A DNA stretch of 64,000 bases, taken from an uncultured Bacilli bacterium (GTDB lineage: Bacteria > Bacillota_I > Bacilli_A > RF39 > UBA660). Both the position numbers and the translations under genes were made by a program. Below the pieces are notes generated by a model. That model was not told the origin of the DNA. It searched no databases and saw only the letters and a program-made list of their open reading frames with translations. Where the stretch lies: positions 3,547 through 67,546 of the forward strand of contig CAKPHZ010000001.1 of NCBI GenBank assembly GCA_934162265.1. Reading direction: 5' to 3'. Below are positions 50,690 through 61,010 of this stretch, one piece after another (position 1 is the stretch's first letter; every line of letters begins with the position of its first letter).

Positions 50690-52390
50690 TTATTTACTAA
50701 ATTTACTCATAGGATTTTCTTCTATTAATTGAATGGTTTGAATTGATTTTTCTAAAGATTTTTCATATTGACCTTTGTAAAATAACGCTGTTGCTTGCTC
50801 TAATCCTTGATCAACTTCCGGATAAATACTTCGGTATCTATTCCCATAAAGAATCATTTTTTCACTTAAGCTAGAAATTTTAATCATATCATTTGTTTTG
50901 TTATAGATTTTAAAAACTAAGTCTCTTGCTGTATCTACTCTTATGTTTAAAATTTTAATCACAATGGGTTTTTTATCTAATTCTTTTACGATTTCTCTAA
51001 TTGCGTCTTGAGCTTCTTTTAATTCAACATAATAACTACTTGGAATGACTGGCAACTTATAATCTTTTAACTTCATTTTTGCTTTATGCAACAATTCTTG
51101 AATGGTATTTAATTGTTCCTTAGCTCTATACTCATCATCCTGCATGCTTGTGATTGACTTTAATTGATAATCTAAATCATCTTGTAATCTAGATAGTTTT
51201 ACTCCAAGTCCATCTAATTCATCCATTAATTTAGAATAAGCAAAAGTTTTACTTTTACCATGCTCTAATAGTAATTTAAAATCTTCATTAATGACTTCTA
51301 GATTACGGTTTAAAATACTGAATCTATTCATTTCCTCTTCGGTTAGGTCATAGGTTACCTTGATATCATCTATTTGAATATAAATATCATAAACTACTTT
51401 ATTTACTTTTTCTAATTTGTAACGGAACTTTTTGCATCCTTCTTTAAAATTATCTTTGCATTCTCTTTCTTTATCAAAATCTCTAAATAAAGAGTTAAAA
51501 TATTCTAGAATTGTTTTTAGTTCAATATCAGCATCTTTAGCTTCTAATTGTTTTAAGTTTTCCATGATTCCTTTGGTCTTTTTCTCAATTTCCGATAAAT
51601 TATATTCTACATTTAAATAATCTAGTGGATAGCCATCTCTTTGCATTCTAGAGTAAGCTACTTTTGCTTCTTCTATTTTTCCAGGGATTAAGATATTAGC
51701 CATTAATAAGATAGAAGGGAAATTGTCCAAAATACTTTTTAGTTTTTGTAAATCTTCTTCAATTAGAATTACAATTTCTTCTACTTTAACATAATCATTA
51801 TTTTCCATTGCATTTTCAAAATCAATAAATTTTTCATCTATTTTGGTAAATTCTTTTGCAATGATATCTTTTAACTCTCCATAATCCTTCTCGCAGCGAT
51901 TAAATTTGGCTTGAAGCTCTCTATAGGTTACTTTTAATTTTGTAATTAAAGCTCTATTTCTTTCTTCAGAATTGGTAATGATTTGAATTTCATCAATTAG
52001 TTTTTGGCTTTTTCTTCTTAAAGAACCAATTTCTAATTCAATTCCTGCCATTTTTTTAATTGCATTTTTATAATCTTTTTTATCAATTAAAAAGTCTACA
52101 TCACTAATTTGATCAGTAATCTTAGGGAGCATATCTTCTTTAATATAATTAAATGTTTTGTCCCAGTCTTCTAATTTATGTTTTAAATTGTCTGTTTTTA
52201 CTAGGCCTCGAACTTTTGTAATTTCCGACAAAATTTTTACGTTAATGAGTTGATTTTTTTCGACATCTAATTCATTAATATATTCCTTGTATTTTTTGCT
52301 GGTTTTTCTTCTTGTTAGGGCAAAAGTTAAAAATACAAGGCCAACTGCGATAAGAAATGTTGTTATAACAATTCCAAATACATTGTCCAT
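50690..52390 (-). CDS. ezrA: Septation ring formation regulator EzrA
   Basis: N-terminal transmembrane helix followed by about 540 aa of spectrin-like coiled coil. The length and architecture are typical of EzrA. Confidence 0.8.
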   Translation of the reverse strand: MDNVFGIVITTFLIAVGLVFLTFALTRRKTSKKYKEYINELDVEKNQLINVKILSEITKVRGLVKTDNLKHKLEDWDKTFNYIKEDMLPKITDQISDVDFLIDKKDYKNAIKKMAGIELEIGSLRRKSQKLIDEIQIITNSEERNRALITKLKVTYRELQAKFNRCEKDYGELKDIIAKEFTKIDEKFIDFENAMENNDYVKVEEIVILIEEDLQKLKSILDNFPSILLMANILIPGKIEEAKVAYSRMQRDGYPLDYLNVEYNLSEIEKKTKGIMENLKQLEAKDADIELKTILEYFNSLFRDFDKERECKDNFKEGCKKFRYKLEKVNKVVYDIYIQIDDIKVTYDLTEEEMNRFSILNRNLEVINEDFKLLLEHGKSKTFAYSKLMDELDGLGVKLSRLQDDLDYQLKSITSMQDDEYRAKEQLNTIQELLHKAKMKLKDYKLPVIPSSYYVELKEAQDAIREIVKELDKKPIVIKILNIRVDTARDLVFKIYNKTNDMIKISSLSEKMILYGNRYRSIYPEVDQGLEQATALFYKGQYEKSLEKSIQTIQLIEENPMSKFSK

Positions 52391-52541
52391 ATTATCACCA
52401 CCATCTAGGTACTCAATAATATTGTAACATATTTTGAATACTTTTTAATCATAAATCCATCATTTTACAAAATAATTATTTTACATCAGTAAAATATTAA
52501 TAAGTATTTTTCTTCAAAAAAAGAGAATAGACAATGCTATT

Positions 52542-54350
52542 CTACTTCTTACTATCATGTTTCTTTCTTAATTCTGTATTTAAAATTTCTTTACGAAGAC
52601 GGATATTTTCTGGGGTTACCTCTACTAATTCATCCATATTGATATATTCTAGGGCATATTCTAAAGTAATTGGACGAGGACGTTTTAAAACAACAGTATG
52701 ATCTGATCCAGCAGCACGAGTATTGGTTAATTGTTTTCCTTTTACAACATTTACGGCTAAATCATTTTCACGATTACATTCTCCAACTATCATTCCTTCA
52801 TATACATCACATCCTGGTTCAATAAACATAATTCCTCTATCTTCTAAATTTCCAATGCTATAGGCAGTAGATTTTCCATTTTCCATAGAAACTAAAACTC
52901 CTAGTTTTCTTTCTCCAATGTTTACATTTTCGATTGGAGCGTATTCTTTGAAGGTGTGATTAATAATACCGTATCCCTTAGTCATGGTCATAAAGTCTGT
53001 CATAAAGCCAATTAATCCACGAGAAGGAATGGTATAATTTAATCTAACTAATTCATTTTCGTTCGTCATATTTTCCATTTTTGCTCCTCTGTTTCCTAGT
53101 GCTTCAATGACATTTCCAACACTTGCTTCTGGTACTTCTACTTGTAAATCTTCATATGGTTCACATTTGATACCATCGATTTCTTTAATAATAACTTCTG
53201 GTTTTGATACTTGTAATTCAAATCCTTCACGGCGCATATTTTCAATTAAAATAGATAAATGTAATTCTCCACGACCAGATACTGTCCAAGATTCATTTCC
53301 TGATTGCTCTACTTTTAAACTTACATCTTTTTGTGTTTCTCTAAATAAGCGATCTGCTATTTTGCTTGCAGTTACAAATTTTCCTTCTTTTCCTGCAAAT
53401 GGGCTATTGTTAGTCATGAATGTCATTTTTAGGGTTGGTTCATCTATTCTTAAAATTGGTAATGCTTCTTCTTTTCCGACATTACAAACAGTTTCTCCTA
53501 CGGAAATATCTGGTAATCCTGCTATGGCAACAATATCTCCAGCACTGGCTTTATCAATTTCGATTCTTTTTAATCCATCGAATCCAAATAATTTTTGAAT
53601 TCTAAATTGTTTAATACTTCCATCTAATCTTACGCATGATACCATTTCATTAACTTTGATATTTCCACTAGAAACTTTTCCTATTCCAATTCTTCCAACG
53701 AAATCATTATAATCTAATAAAGCTGGTTGGAATTGTAAATTTCCTTCTGGATTTACTTTTGGTTCTGGAATTTCATCAATAATCAAATTGAATATATCAT
53801 CATAACTTTCTTGTTGTGTAGATACATCTGGATCTAGACTTGCCGTTCCATTTAAAGCAGATACATAAGCTGTTTTAAATTCTAGTTGATCATCATCTGC
53901 TCCTAATTCAATAAATAAATCTAATACTTCATCTACTACTTTTTCTACTCTGGCTGTTGGTTTATCTACTTTATTGATGATTACGATTGGTTTTACTCCT
54001 GCTTCTAGGGCTTTTTTTAGAACGAATCTAGTTTGTGGCATAGTTCCTTCATAAGCATCTACTACTAGTAAAACACCGTCTACCATGTTCATGATTCTTT
54101 CTACTTCTCCTCCAAAGTCAGCATGTCCTGGAGTATCTAGGATATTAATTTTATAGCCATTATAATGAATTGCTGTTGTTTTAGCTAAAATGGTAATACC
54201 TCTTTCTTTTTCAATATCATTTGAATCCATTACTCTGGTTTCTACTTCTTCATTTTCACGGAATGTTCCTGATTTTCTTAATAATTGATCAACTAAAGTT
54301 GTTTTTCCATGGTCAACATGGGCTATGATTGCAATATTTCTAATCTTCAT
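52542..54350 (-). CDS. typA: Translational GTPase TypA/BipA
   Basis: G1 motif AHVDHGKTT, plus DTPGH and NKVD motifs; 602 aa. Confidence 0.9.
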   Translation of the reverse strand: MKIRNIAIIAHVDHGKTTLVDQLLRKSGTFRENEEVETRVMDSNDIEKERGITILAKTTAIHYNGYKINILDTPGHADFGGEVERIMNMVDGVLLVVDAYEGTMPQTRFVLKKALEAGVKPIVIINKVDKPTARVEKVVDEVLDLFIELGADDDQLEFKTAYVSALNGTASLDPDVSTQQESYDDIFNLIIDEIPEPKVNPEGNLQFQPALLDYNDFVGRIGIGKVSSGNIKVNEMVSCVRLDGSIKQFRIQKLFGFDGLKRIEIDKASAGDIVAIAGLPDISVGETVCNVGKEEALPILRIDEPTLKMTFMTNNSPFAGKEGKFVTASKIADRLFRETQKDVSLKVEQSGNESWTVSGRGELHLSILIENMRREGFELQVSKPEVIIKEIDGIKCEPYEDLQVEVPEASVGNVIEALGNRGAKMENMTNENELVRLNYTIPSRGLIGFMTDFMTMTKGYGIINHTFKEYAPIENVNIGERKLGVLVSMENGKSTAYSIGNLEDRGIMFIEPGCDVYEGMIVGECNRENDLAVNVVKGKQLTNTRAAGSDHTVVLKRPRPITLEYALEYINMDELVEVTPENIRLRKEILNTELRKKHDSKK

Positions 54351-54482
54351 TTTTACACCTCTTTTTTTCTAACTTTGTCTATTATATCATAAATTTTATA
54401 GATTTAAAGACTTTTTTAGCAAAAAAATTACTTGGTGGTTATTTCTTTTTGAAATGAAAAGTACTGAATTAGTATTTTCCTT

Positions 54483-55436
54483 TTATTCTTCTTTTTCTAG
54501 GTAAGAGTTTTCTCCTAATTTATTAATTCTTTTTAAAGAAACTAAGAAACTTTGATATTCAGCACTAATTGTTCCTAAGACTTCGAAGTTTGTAATAATT
54601 TTATCGTAATAGGTGTAGACTAGGATAATTGTTCCTACTTCCATTTTTCCTATACTAATTAAATATACACTATAAATGATAATTCCATATTTGGTTAATT
54701 CAATAATTCCTAAAATTAAATAAATTAATGCTTGGGCTAATAAATTAAATCTTTTATTGGATCTTAAATATTCAATGTTACTTTGATGAAATTTTTTGAA
54801 AGTTGCTTCATCTATTGTTTTATCTTTTAACTTATCATAAATTTGATGAGCAATTACAGTTTTTTTATCTAGTGATGTTTTTCTTTTGATATTTTCATTT
54901 TTTATTTGACTACTAGAAATTATCATTAGGATAATCATTAGACTAGAGATTAAAAGGGTAATTAAAAAGATATAAATATTTTGGGTAAGAAAATAAAAGT
55001 AAATAAAAATAAGTTCTAAAACTTGGATAACTCTTGCAACTCCATTTCCTAAAAAATTACAAAGAATATCAATGTCACTATTCATGACGTTAGTATATTC
55101 ACCGAGGGTAATTTTTCCTATATTTCCATGATTATTTTTGGTAATTAAAGAGGTATAACCTAAATATAATTTATCATAAAACCTAAACCAACTTACTTGA
55201 TTTAGGTATTGCCAAATATAATAAAAACTACTGATAATAATGATAACAATAATTAAGGAATAAGTTTTTTGATAATTTGCTTCACTTAAATAATTGATGG
55301 TATTACTCCAAAATATAGGAATGATTAATAATAATCCTCTGATAAAAATTGAAGTAATAGTTTTATAGAATAATTCTTTTTTTGCTTCTTTTATAACAAT
55401 ATTAGTATAATTATCTTTATTTTTCATCTTATTCAC
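54483..55436 (-). CDS. ABC-exporter-like transmembrane domain protein lacking a nucleotide-binding domain
   Basis: About six transmembrane helices with the type-I exporter TMD pattern. No Walker or ABC-signature motifs, and no nucleotide-binding-domain gene adjacent. Confidence 0.4.
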   Translation of the reverse strand: MNKMKNKDNYTNIVIKEAKKELFYKTITSIFIRGLLLIIPIFWSNTINYLSEANYQKTYSLIIVIIIISSFYYIWQYLNQVSWFRFYDKLYLGYTSLITKNNHGNIGKITLGEYTNVMNSDIDILCNFLGNGVARVIQVLELIFIYFYFLTQNIYIFLITLLISSLMIILMIISSSQIKNENIKRKTSLDKKTVIAHQIYDKLKDKTIDEATFKKFHQSNIEYLRSNKRFNLLAQALIYLILGIIELTKYGIIIYSVYLISIGKMEVGTIILVYTYYDKIITNFEVLGTISAEYQSFLVSLKRINKLGENSYLEKEE

Positions 55437-55478
55437 CTATTGTTATTATAGGTGATTTTTTCTTATTTTATGTAATGA

Positions 55479-55979
55479 TTAGTTATATTCATTTGTTTTT
55501 GGACACGAAGAATTAGTAGTTGATTTTGATTCTATTTTATAATTTACTTTTCCTGTTGTTATGTTTGTTTCTTTTTTGATTTCTATTTGACAACTTCCTA
55601 TATTTTTGCCATCTACTGGGTTGGTTAAAATTAATTTTTTTTCTCCTTCTTTTTCACTAGTGGTTCCTTTTAGATAACCATTACTGACTAAGGTTTGAAG
55701 ATTTACTGTAATGCTAGAATTTGTTATTTCTACTGGTGTTGCTGTTTTTGTTCCAGAATTGTCATAGGTATATACTTTTCCTTTCATGTAATTTACTTCT
55801 TCATATAATGATTGACTTGCTGTTTTAATATTAGATATCATAATGTTATAGCTACTTTTTTTGCTATTATTGATGGAATTTAATACTCCTGGTACAGCGA
55901 TTAATCCTAATATTGCAATGATAGCAATTACGGCTAATACTTCTATTAAAGTAAAACCTTTGTTATTTAATTTTTTCAT
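55479..55979 (-). CDS. Type IV pilin / competence pseudopilin (ComGC-like) with a class III signal peptide
   Basis: MKKLNNKGFTLIEVLAVIAIIAILGLIAVP is a prepilin leader with the G-FTLIE cleavage motif. The track ORF starts further upstream at 56072. Confidence 0.6.
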   Translation of the reverse strand: MKKLNNKGFTLIEVLAVIAIIAILGLIAVPGVLNSINNSKKSSYNIMISNIKTASQSLYEEVNYMKGKVYTYDNSGTKTATPVEITNSSITVNLQTLVSNGYLKGTTSEKEGEKKLILTNPVDGKNIGSCQIEIKKETNITTGKVNYKIESKSTTNSSCPKTNEYN

Positions 55980-56154
55980 CTTACCACCTACTTTAAGTAA
56001 AGTATATAATAAAAAGATATTCTTTTCAATGGAAAGGTTACTATTCACAGCTGAATAATAAAAAATATACACAGATTATGAGAAATTAAGTAAAAATAGC
56101 TCATAGTCTTTTTATAATGCAAAATATTTGATACAATAAAAAAAAGAAGGATAC

Positions 56155-56847
56155 GTGATGAAAATGGCAGAAATAAGTTTATCAAAATTACAAAAAAGAG
56201 TGACAAAATTAGAAAAAGATAATGCCGTGTTAAGAGATTTGTTAGAAGAAAGAAAACAAAAGCAATATAATGCAGAAAAACAATTAGAGTATTATAAAAA
56301 AAATCTAGAAAAAATAGTAAATACTGCTGTAAAAAAAGTAACTGAAGAACTAATGAAAGAAGTAAATAAATTAAAAGAAGAAAACGAACATTTAAAGAGA
56401 ATATTAAATCATGATAGTAGTAATAGTGGAATACCAACAAGCAGGACAAAAATTGGAGAAGCAAAAAGAGTTCCTAACTCTAGAAAAAAGAGTGAGCTGA
56501 AGAAAGGTGGACAACCAGGACATAAAAAACATAAATTAGAAAAGTTTGCAGATGATGAAATAACAGATACATATACATACGAAATAAAGAAACCAAAATG
56601 CAAAGAATGTGGAGGAAAATTAGAATTAATTGGAAAAAGATGTAAAGATGAATTTGATATCGAAATAAGATTAGTCAAGAGAAGAAATGAATTTTGTGAA
56701 TATAAATGTAGTTGCTGTGATAAAGTGATAAAAGTACCAATACCAGATAGATTAAAAGAGGAAAATCAATATGGAAGTAATGCTCAAGCATTAGCAATAT
56801 CACTAGTAAATGAAGGATATGTTTCATTTAGAAGAACAAGAGATTAA
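56155..56847 (+). CDS. IS66-family transposase, N-terminal part (leucine zipper plus zinc finger)
   Basis: Heptad-Leu coiled coil followed by the zinc-finger motif KCKECGGKL...CSCCDKV. Confidence 0.75.
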   Translation: MMKMAEISLSKLQKRVTKLEKDNAVLRDLLEERKQKQYNAEKQLEYYKKNLEKIVNTAVKKVTEELMKEVNKLKEENEHLKRILNHDSSNSGIPTSRTKIGEAKRVPNSRKKSELKKGGQPGHKKHKLEKFADDEITDTYTYEIKKPKCKECGGKLELIGKRCKDEFDIEIRLVKRRNEFCEYKCSCCDKVIKVPIPDRLKEENQYGSNAQALAISLVNEGYVSFRRTRD

Positions 56848-56870
56848 TAAGTGGTTTTACTGGTGGAGAA

Positions 56871-57722
56871 ATGGTAATGAGTGAAGGCTTCATATCAAAG
56901 TTACAAAAAAGATGTTACGACAAACTAGAAAATTTTGATAATGAAATTCATAAGAAAATACTAAGTCAAAGTATTTTGCATTGGGATGATACCGCTATAA
57001 GTATAAATGGAAAACAATCATGCTTAAGATTTTATGGAAATGAGAAAATAAAATATTACAAGGCACACGAACAAAAGAATAAAGCTGGAATTGATGAAGA
57101 TGGTATATTAAAGTTTTTATCAAAAGATACAGTTGTGATGCATGATCATAATTTAGTTAATTATAATGAGGATTATGATTTCACAAATGTAGAGTGTTGT
57201 GTTCATCTAATTAGAGATTTGAAAGAACTAAATGATTGTTTTCCAAGAGAATGGATTAATAAACTTATATCATTACTAGTAAATACTAATAATTTGAGAA
57301 AAGAATATATTAACAAAAATATATTACAATTCGATTATGAAGTATCAGACAATGTAATAAGAGAATATGATAAAATAATCGAAGAAGCTCAAAAAGTAAA
57401 TTCTAATGATTATAATGAGTATTACAGTAAAGATGAAAGTAGACTAATAAAAAGACTAATTAGATTTAAGGAAAATTACTTATTATGGGTTCTTAGATTT
57501 GATATTCCATTTTCTAATAATCTCAGTGAGAGAAGTTTAAGAAGTAGCAAAACGAAAATGAAGGTATCTGGACAGTTTTCAAATATTAAAAATGCAGAAT
57601 ATCTTGCTAGAATAAAATCGTATATTGAGACTTGTAAAAGTAATGATATAAATCCTCACGAAGCATTGATTAAACTTATAGAAGACAATCCATATACTTT
57701 AAGAGATATGAAAATAAACTAA
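56871..57722 (+). CDS. IS66-family transposase, C-terminal catalytic part
   Basis: CCVHLIRDLKEL matches the IS66 CWAHARRKF motif. It is in a different reading frame from the N-terminal part, in both IS copies. Confidence 0.75.
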   Translation: MVMSEGFISKLQKRCYDKLENFDNEIHKKILSQSILHWDDTAISINGKQSCLRFYGNEKIKYYKAHEQKNKAGIDEDGILKFLSKDTVVMHDHNLVNYNEDYDFTNVECCVHLIRDLKELNDCFPREWINKLISLLVNTNNLRKEYINKNILQFDYEVSDNVIREYDKIIEEAQKVNSNDYNEYYSKDESRLIKRLIRFKENYLLWVLRFDIPFSNNLSERSLRSSKTKMKVSGQFSNIKNAEYLARIKSYIETCKSNDINPHEALIKLIEDNPYTLRDMKIN

Positions 57723-57774
57723 GAAATCTTAGTTTATTTTGCGTGCAAGTTATTATTCAGCTGTGAATAGTAAC

Positions 57775-57984
57775 GATTAATTTTACTTTTACAGTATTTA
57801 CATTTTCCTTTTAGAGTGATATAGGATAGAAGAGGAATTAAGTCTTCAATAGCTAATTCATGTTTGCAAGCATCACAATAACTACAAAGTTTTCTCCTTT
57901 AATTAATCTTAGTCCTACAACACAAAAGAAAGAGCCCATTACTAAGCCCAGAATAAAGAAACTTATTAAATATATTATTTCCAT
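57775..57984 (-). pseudogene. Truncated prepilin peptidase (PilD/ComC) N-terminal fragment, frameshifted and cut by the IS copy 1 end
   Basis: MEIIYLISFFILGLVMGSFFCVVGLRLIKGENF..., then in another frame SYCDACKHELAIEDLIPLLSYITLKGKCKYCKSKINR (the CxxC-x21-CxxC zinc site of the prepilin peptidase N-terminal domain), ending exactly at the IS terminal inverted repeat. Confidence 0.6.
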
Positions 57985-57993
57985 ACTATCACC

Positions 57994-58258
57994 TACTGAA
58001 TCTTTAAATCTGTACTAGTTACTACAAAACATCCCATTGCTACTATACAAGAATCAGGATTAGTTTTTCTAAAACGATTAATCATCTTTCTACTCTTGAC
58101 ATCTGCTTGGTTTGTTACAGTACAGGTATTTATAATATAAACATCACATAAATCAGTAAAAGAAGCTATTTGATAGCCACTTTTTTTAATTCTTGTTCAA
58201 TATATTCACTTTCATAGGTATTAACTTTACATCCTAGAGTACAAATACCAACCTTCAT
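57994..58258 (-). pseudogene. Radical-SAM methylthiotransferase (MiaB/RimO-like) N-terminal MTTase-domain fragment, frameshifted and truncated
   Basis: MKVGICTLGCKVNTYESEYIEQELKK, then a frame change in an A7 run, then SGYQIASFTDLCDVYIINTCTVTNQADVKSRKMINRFRKTNPDSCIVAMGCFVVTS and a stop. All three MTTase Cys residues are present, but the radical-SAM core is absent. Confidence 0.6.
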
Positions 58259-58263
58259 TTTTA

Positions 58264-58917
58264 TCACTTCTTTCGGTTTAAAGTATAATATAATTTTTTA
58301 CAATCAGCACTTTTAGTTTTAGTTGTTGTTATTTTATCTGTTATATAATCTTTAGTTAAATCACTTGCCGTCATCATCTCTACCTTAACAAATTTTTCTA
58401 ATTGATTATTTCTTGTATCTATTTTTTCTCCATCAATTCTTCCTATTTGATAAGTATTTTTTAAAGTAGTAGAAGAAGCATAATAAGTACCATCGCTATC
58501 ATAAAATAAATAATTATTAAGCATATCAATACTTAAAGGTACTTCAAATGATAAACTTCCTCTTTCTTTCTCTAAAAACTCTAAAACAGCACTATCATGA
58601 GCATAACGATACTTTGCTATTTCCATACTATTTGTTTTACTTTTAGAAACAATATAAAGTAATTGCTCAGCATCATACATTCTTTGTTCTATCTCTTTTT
58701 TAGAAAAAGAAAGAAAATCTTTAAATTCTAATATTTCATCTCTTGATGATATAAGTTTTACATTATCTTCTCCTTCAACTAAAATAAAATCCTTTATTTT
58801 CTTTTCATTTAGTAATTCATCAGTAACAAATTCTAATGAAAACATATCTCTTAAATATAAAACATCTTTTTTTTGTATATAAATTGCATCACTTTTTAAA
58901 CTATCTGTAATTTTCAT
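58264..58917 (-). CDS. Hypothetical protein, 217 aa, carried between the two IS copies
   Basis: Intact ORF; no recognisable domain. Confidence 0.4.
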   Translation of the reverse strand: MKITDSLKSDAIYIQKKDVLYLRDMFSLEFVTDELLNEKKIKDFILVEGEDNVKLISSRDEILEFKDFLSFSKKEIEQRMYDAEQLLYIVSKSKTNSMEIAKYRYAHDSAVLEFLEKERGSLSFEVPLSIDMLNNYLFYDSDGTYYASSTTLKNTYQIGRIDGEKIDTRNNQLEKFVKVEMMTASDLTKDYITDKITTTKTKSADCKKLYYTLNRKK

Positions 58918-59117
58918 GTTATACCTCCTAAAGTGATTATTAGTATAACATATTTCTTATTAAGTTACTAGGTTAAATTAAGAATTTGGATCTCTGTCAG
59001 TTACTATTCACAGCTGAATAATAAAAAATATACACAGATTATGAGAAATTAAGTAAAAATAGCTCATAGTCTTTTTATAATGCAAAATATTTGATACAAT
59101 AAAAAAAAGAAGGATAC

Positions 59118-59810
59118 GTGATGAAAATGGCAGAAATAAGTTTATCAAAATTACAAAAAAGAGTGACAAAATTAGAAAAAGATAATGCCGTGTTAAGAGA
59201 TTTGTTAGAAGAAAGAAAACAAAAGCAATATAATGCAGAAAAACAATTAGAGTATTATAAAAAAAATCTAGAAAAAATAGTAAATACTGCTGTAAAAAAA
59301 GTAACTGAAGAACTAATGAAAGAAGTAAATAAATTAAAAGAAGAAAACGAACATTTAAAGAGAATATTAAATCATGATAGTAGTAATAGTGGAATACCAA
59401 CAAGCAGGACAAAAATTGGAGAAGCAAAAAGAGTTCCTAACTCTAGAAAAAAGAGTGAGCTGAAGAAAGGTGGACAACCAGGACATAAAAAACATAAATT
59501 AGAAAAGTTTGCAGATGATGAAATAACAGATACATATACATACGAAATAAAGAAACCAAAATGCAAAGAATGTGGAGGAAAATTAGAATTAATTGGAAAA
59601 AGATGTAAAGATGAATTTGATATCGAAATAAGATTAGTCAAGAGAAGAAATGAATTTTGTGAATATAAATGTAGTTGCTGTGATAAAGTGATAAAAGTAC
59701 CAATACCAGATAGATTAAAAGAGGAAAATCAATATGGAAGTAATGCTCAAGCATTAGCAATATCACTAGTAAATGAAGGATATGTTTCATTTAGAAGAAC
59801 AAGAGATTAA
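59118..59810 (+). CDS. IS66-family transposase, N-terminal part (copy 2)
   Basis: Identical to 56155-56847. Confidence 0.75.
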   Translation: MMKMAEISLSKLQKRVTKLEKDNAVLRDLLEERKQKQYNAEKQLEYYKKNLEKIVNTAVKKVTEELMKEVNKLKEENEHLKRILNHDSSNSGIPTSRTKIGEAKRVPNSRKKSELKKGGQPGHKKHKLEKFADDEITDTYTYEIKKPKCKECGGKLELIGKRCKDEFDIEIRLVKRRNEFCEYKCSCCDKVIKVPIPDRLKEENQYGSNAQALAISLVNEGYVSFRRTRD

Positions 59811-59833
59811 TAAGTGGTTTTACTGGTGGAGAA

Positions 59834-60685
59834 ATGGTAATGAGTGAAGGCTTCATATCAAAGTTACAAAAAAGATGTTACGACAAACTAGAAAATTTTG
59901 ATAATGAAATTCATAAGAAAATACTAAGTCAAAGTATTTTGCATTGGGATGATACCGCTATAAGTATAAATGGAAAACAATCATGCTTAAGATTTTATGG
60001 AAATGAGAAAATAAAATATTACAAGGCACACGAACAAAAGAATAAAGCTGGAATTGATGAAGATGGTATATTAAAGTTTTTATCAAAAGATACAGTTGTG
60101 ATGCATGATCATAATTTAGTTAATTATAATGAGGATTATGATTTCACAAATGTAGAGTGTTGTGTTCATCTAATTAGAGATTTGAAAGAACTAAATGATT
60201 GTTTTCCAAGAGAATGGATTAATAAACTTATATCATTACTAGTAAATACTAATAATTTGAGAAAAGAATATATTAACAAAAATATATTACAATTCGATTA
60301 TGAAGTATCAGACAATGTAATAAGAGAATATGATAAAATAATCGAAGAAGCTCAAAAAGTAAATTCTAATGATTATAATGAGTATTACAGTAAAGATGAA
60401 AGTAGACTAATAAAAAGACTAATTAGATTTAAGGAAAATTACTTATTATGGGTTCTTAGATTTGATATTCCATTTTCTAATAATCTCAGTGAGAGAAGTT
60501 TAAGAAGTAGCAAAACGAAAATGAAGGTATCTGGACAGTTTTCAAATATTAAAAATGCAGAATATCTTGCTAGAATAAAATCGTATATTGAGACTTGTAA
60601 AAGTAATGATATAAATCCTCACGAAGCATTGATTAAACTTATAGAAGACAATCCATATACTTTAAGAGATATGAAAATAAACTAA
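59834..60685 (+). CDS. IS66-family transposase, C-terminal part (copy 2)
   Basis: Identical to 56871-57722. Confidence 0.75.
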   Translation: MVMSEGFISKLQKRCYDKLENFDNEIHKKILSQSILHWDDTAISINGKQSCLRFYGNEKIKYYKAHEQKNKAGIDEDGILKFLSKDTVVMHDHNLVNYNEDYDFTNVECCVHLIRDLKELNDCFPREWINKLISLLVNTNNLRKEYINKNILQFDYEVSDNVIREYDKIIEEAQKVNSNDYNEYYSKDESRLIKRLIRFKENYLLWVLRFDIPFSNNLSERSLRSSKTKMKVSGQFSNIKNAEYLARIKSYIETCKSNDINPHEALIKLIEDNPYTLRDMKIN

Positions 60686-60754
60686 GAAATCTTAGTTTAT
60701 TTTGCGTGCAAGTTATTATTCAGCTGTGAATAGTAACATGGAAAGAGTATCTTT

Positions 60755-60991
60755 TTAACTTTTTTTACTATCAATTAAGATAATGTCATCTCCTATTTTT
60801 ACTAGTTGCTGCCAATCTAGATAAACTTCATCTTTATTTGTACTTAAAAATCTTCTACTTCCTCTTGTTTCTTCTAGAACAATTTTGGAAATATTTCCTG
60901 ATGAAGAAATAATTACATCAATAATTGAGCCTATTCTTTTTCCACTTGCAACATCTACTACTTCTTTAGTTTGTAAGTCAGATAAGTTCAT
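60755..60991 (-). CDS. ylmC: YlmC/YmxH family sporulation protein (PRC-barrel-like)
   Basis: 78 aa. MNLSDLQTKEVVDVASGKRIGSIIDV matches the YlmC/YmxH N-terminus. Adjacent to sigG. Confidence 0.7.
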   Translation of the reverse strand: MNLSDLQTKEVVDVASGKRIGSIIDVIISSSGNISKIVLEETRGSRRFLSTNKDEVYLDWQQLVKIGDDIILIDSKKS

Positions 60992-61010
60992 TATACCACC
61001 CTACTTCATT

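Larger units (their letters stand above)
56037..57774 (+). mobile_element. IS66-family insertion sequence, copy 1 (1738 bp)
   Basis: 25-bp perfect terminal inverted repeats GTTACTATTCACAGCTGAATAATAA. Identical to copy 2. Contains a two-part transposase. Confidence 0.85.
59000..60737 (+). mobile_element. IS66-family insertion sequence, copy 2 (identical to copy 1)
   Basis: Offset of 2963 bp from copy 1. The ORF 59118-59810 and 59834-60685 protein sequences are identical to their copy 1 counterparts. Same terminal inverted repeats. Confidence 0.85.

Noticed and set aside
53107-53605. Plus-strand ORFs of 163 and 61 aa inside typA.
   Set aside because: They are antisense to a highly conserved GTPase gene. 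The sequence is low complexity and has no RBS.
56045-56678. Minus-strand ORFs (139 and 89 aa, Leu/Phe-rich) present in both IS copies (also 59008-59641).
   Set aside because: They are antisense to the IS66 transposase N-terminal ORF. Their AT-rich antisense composition and lack of domains mark them as spurious.
60738-60745. Whether the ATGGAAAG match at the outer IS junctions is coincidental.
   Set aside because: An exact 8-bp match at both precise outer boundaries, with non-matching inner boundaries, is the expected signature of IS66-family 8-bp target-site duplications. I keep it as a real TSD rather than rejecting it, and note it here for transparency.
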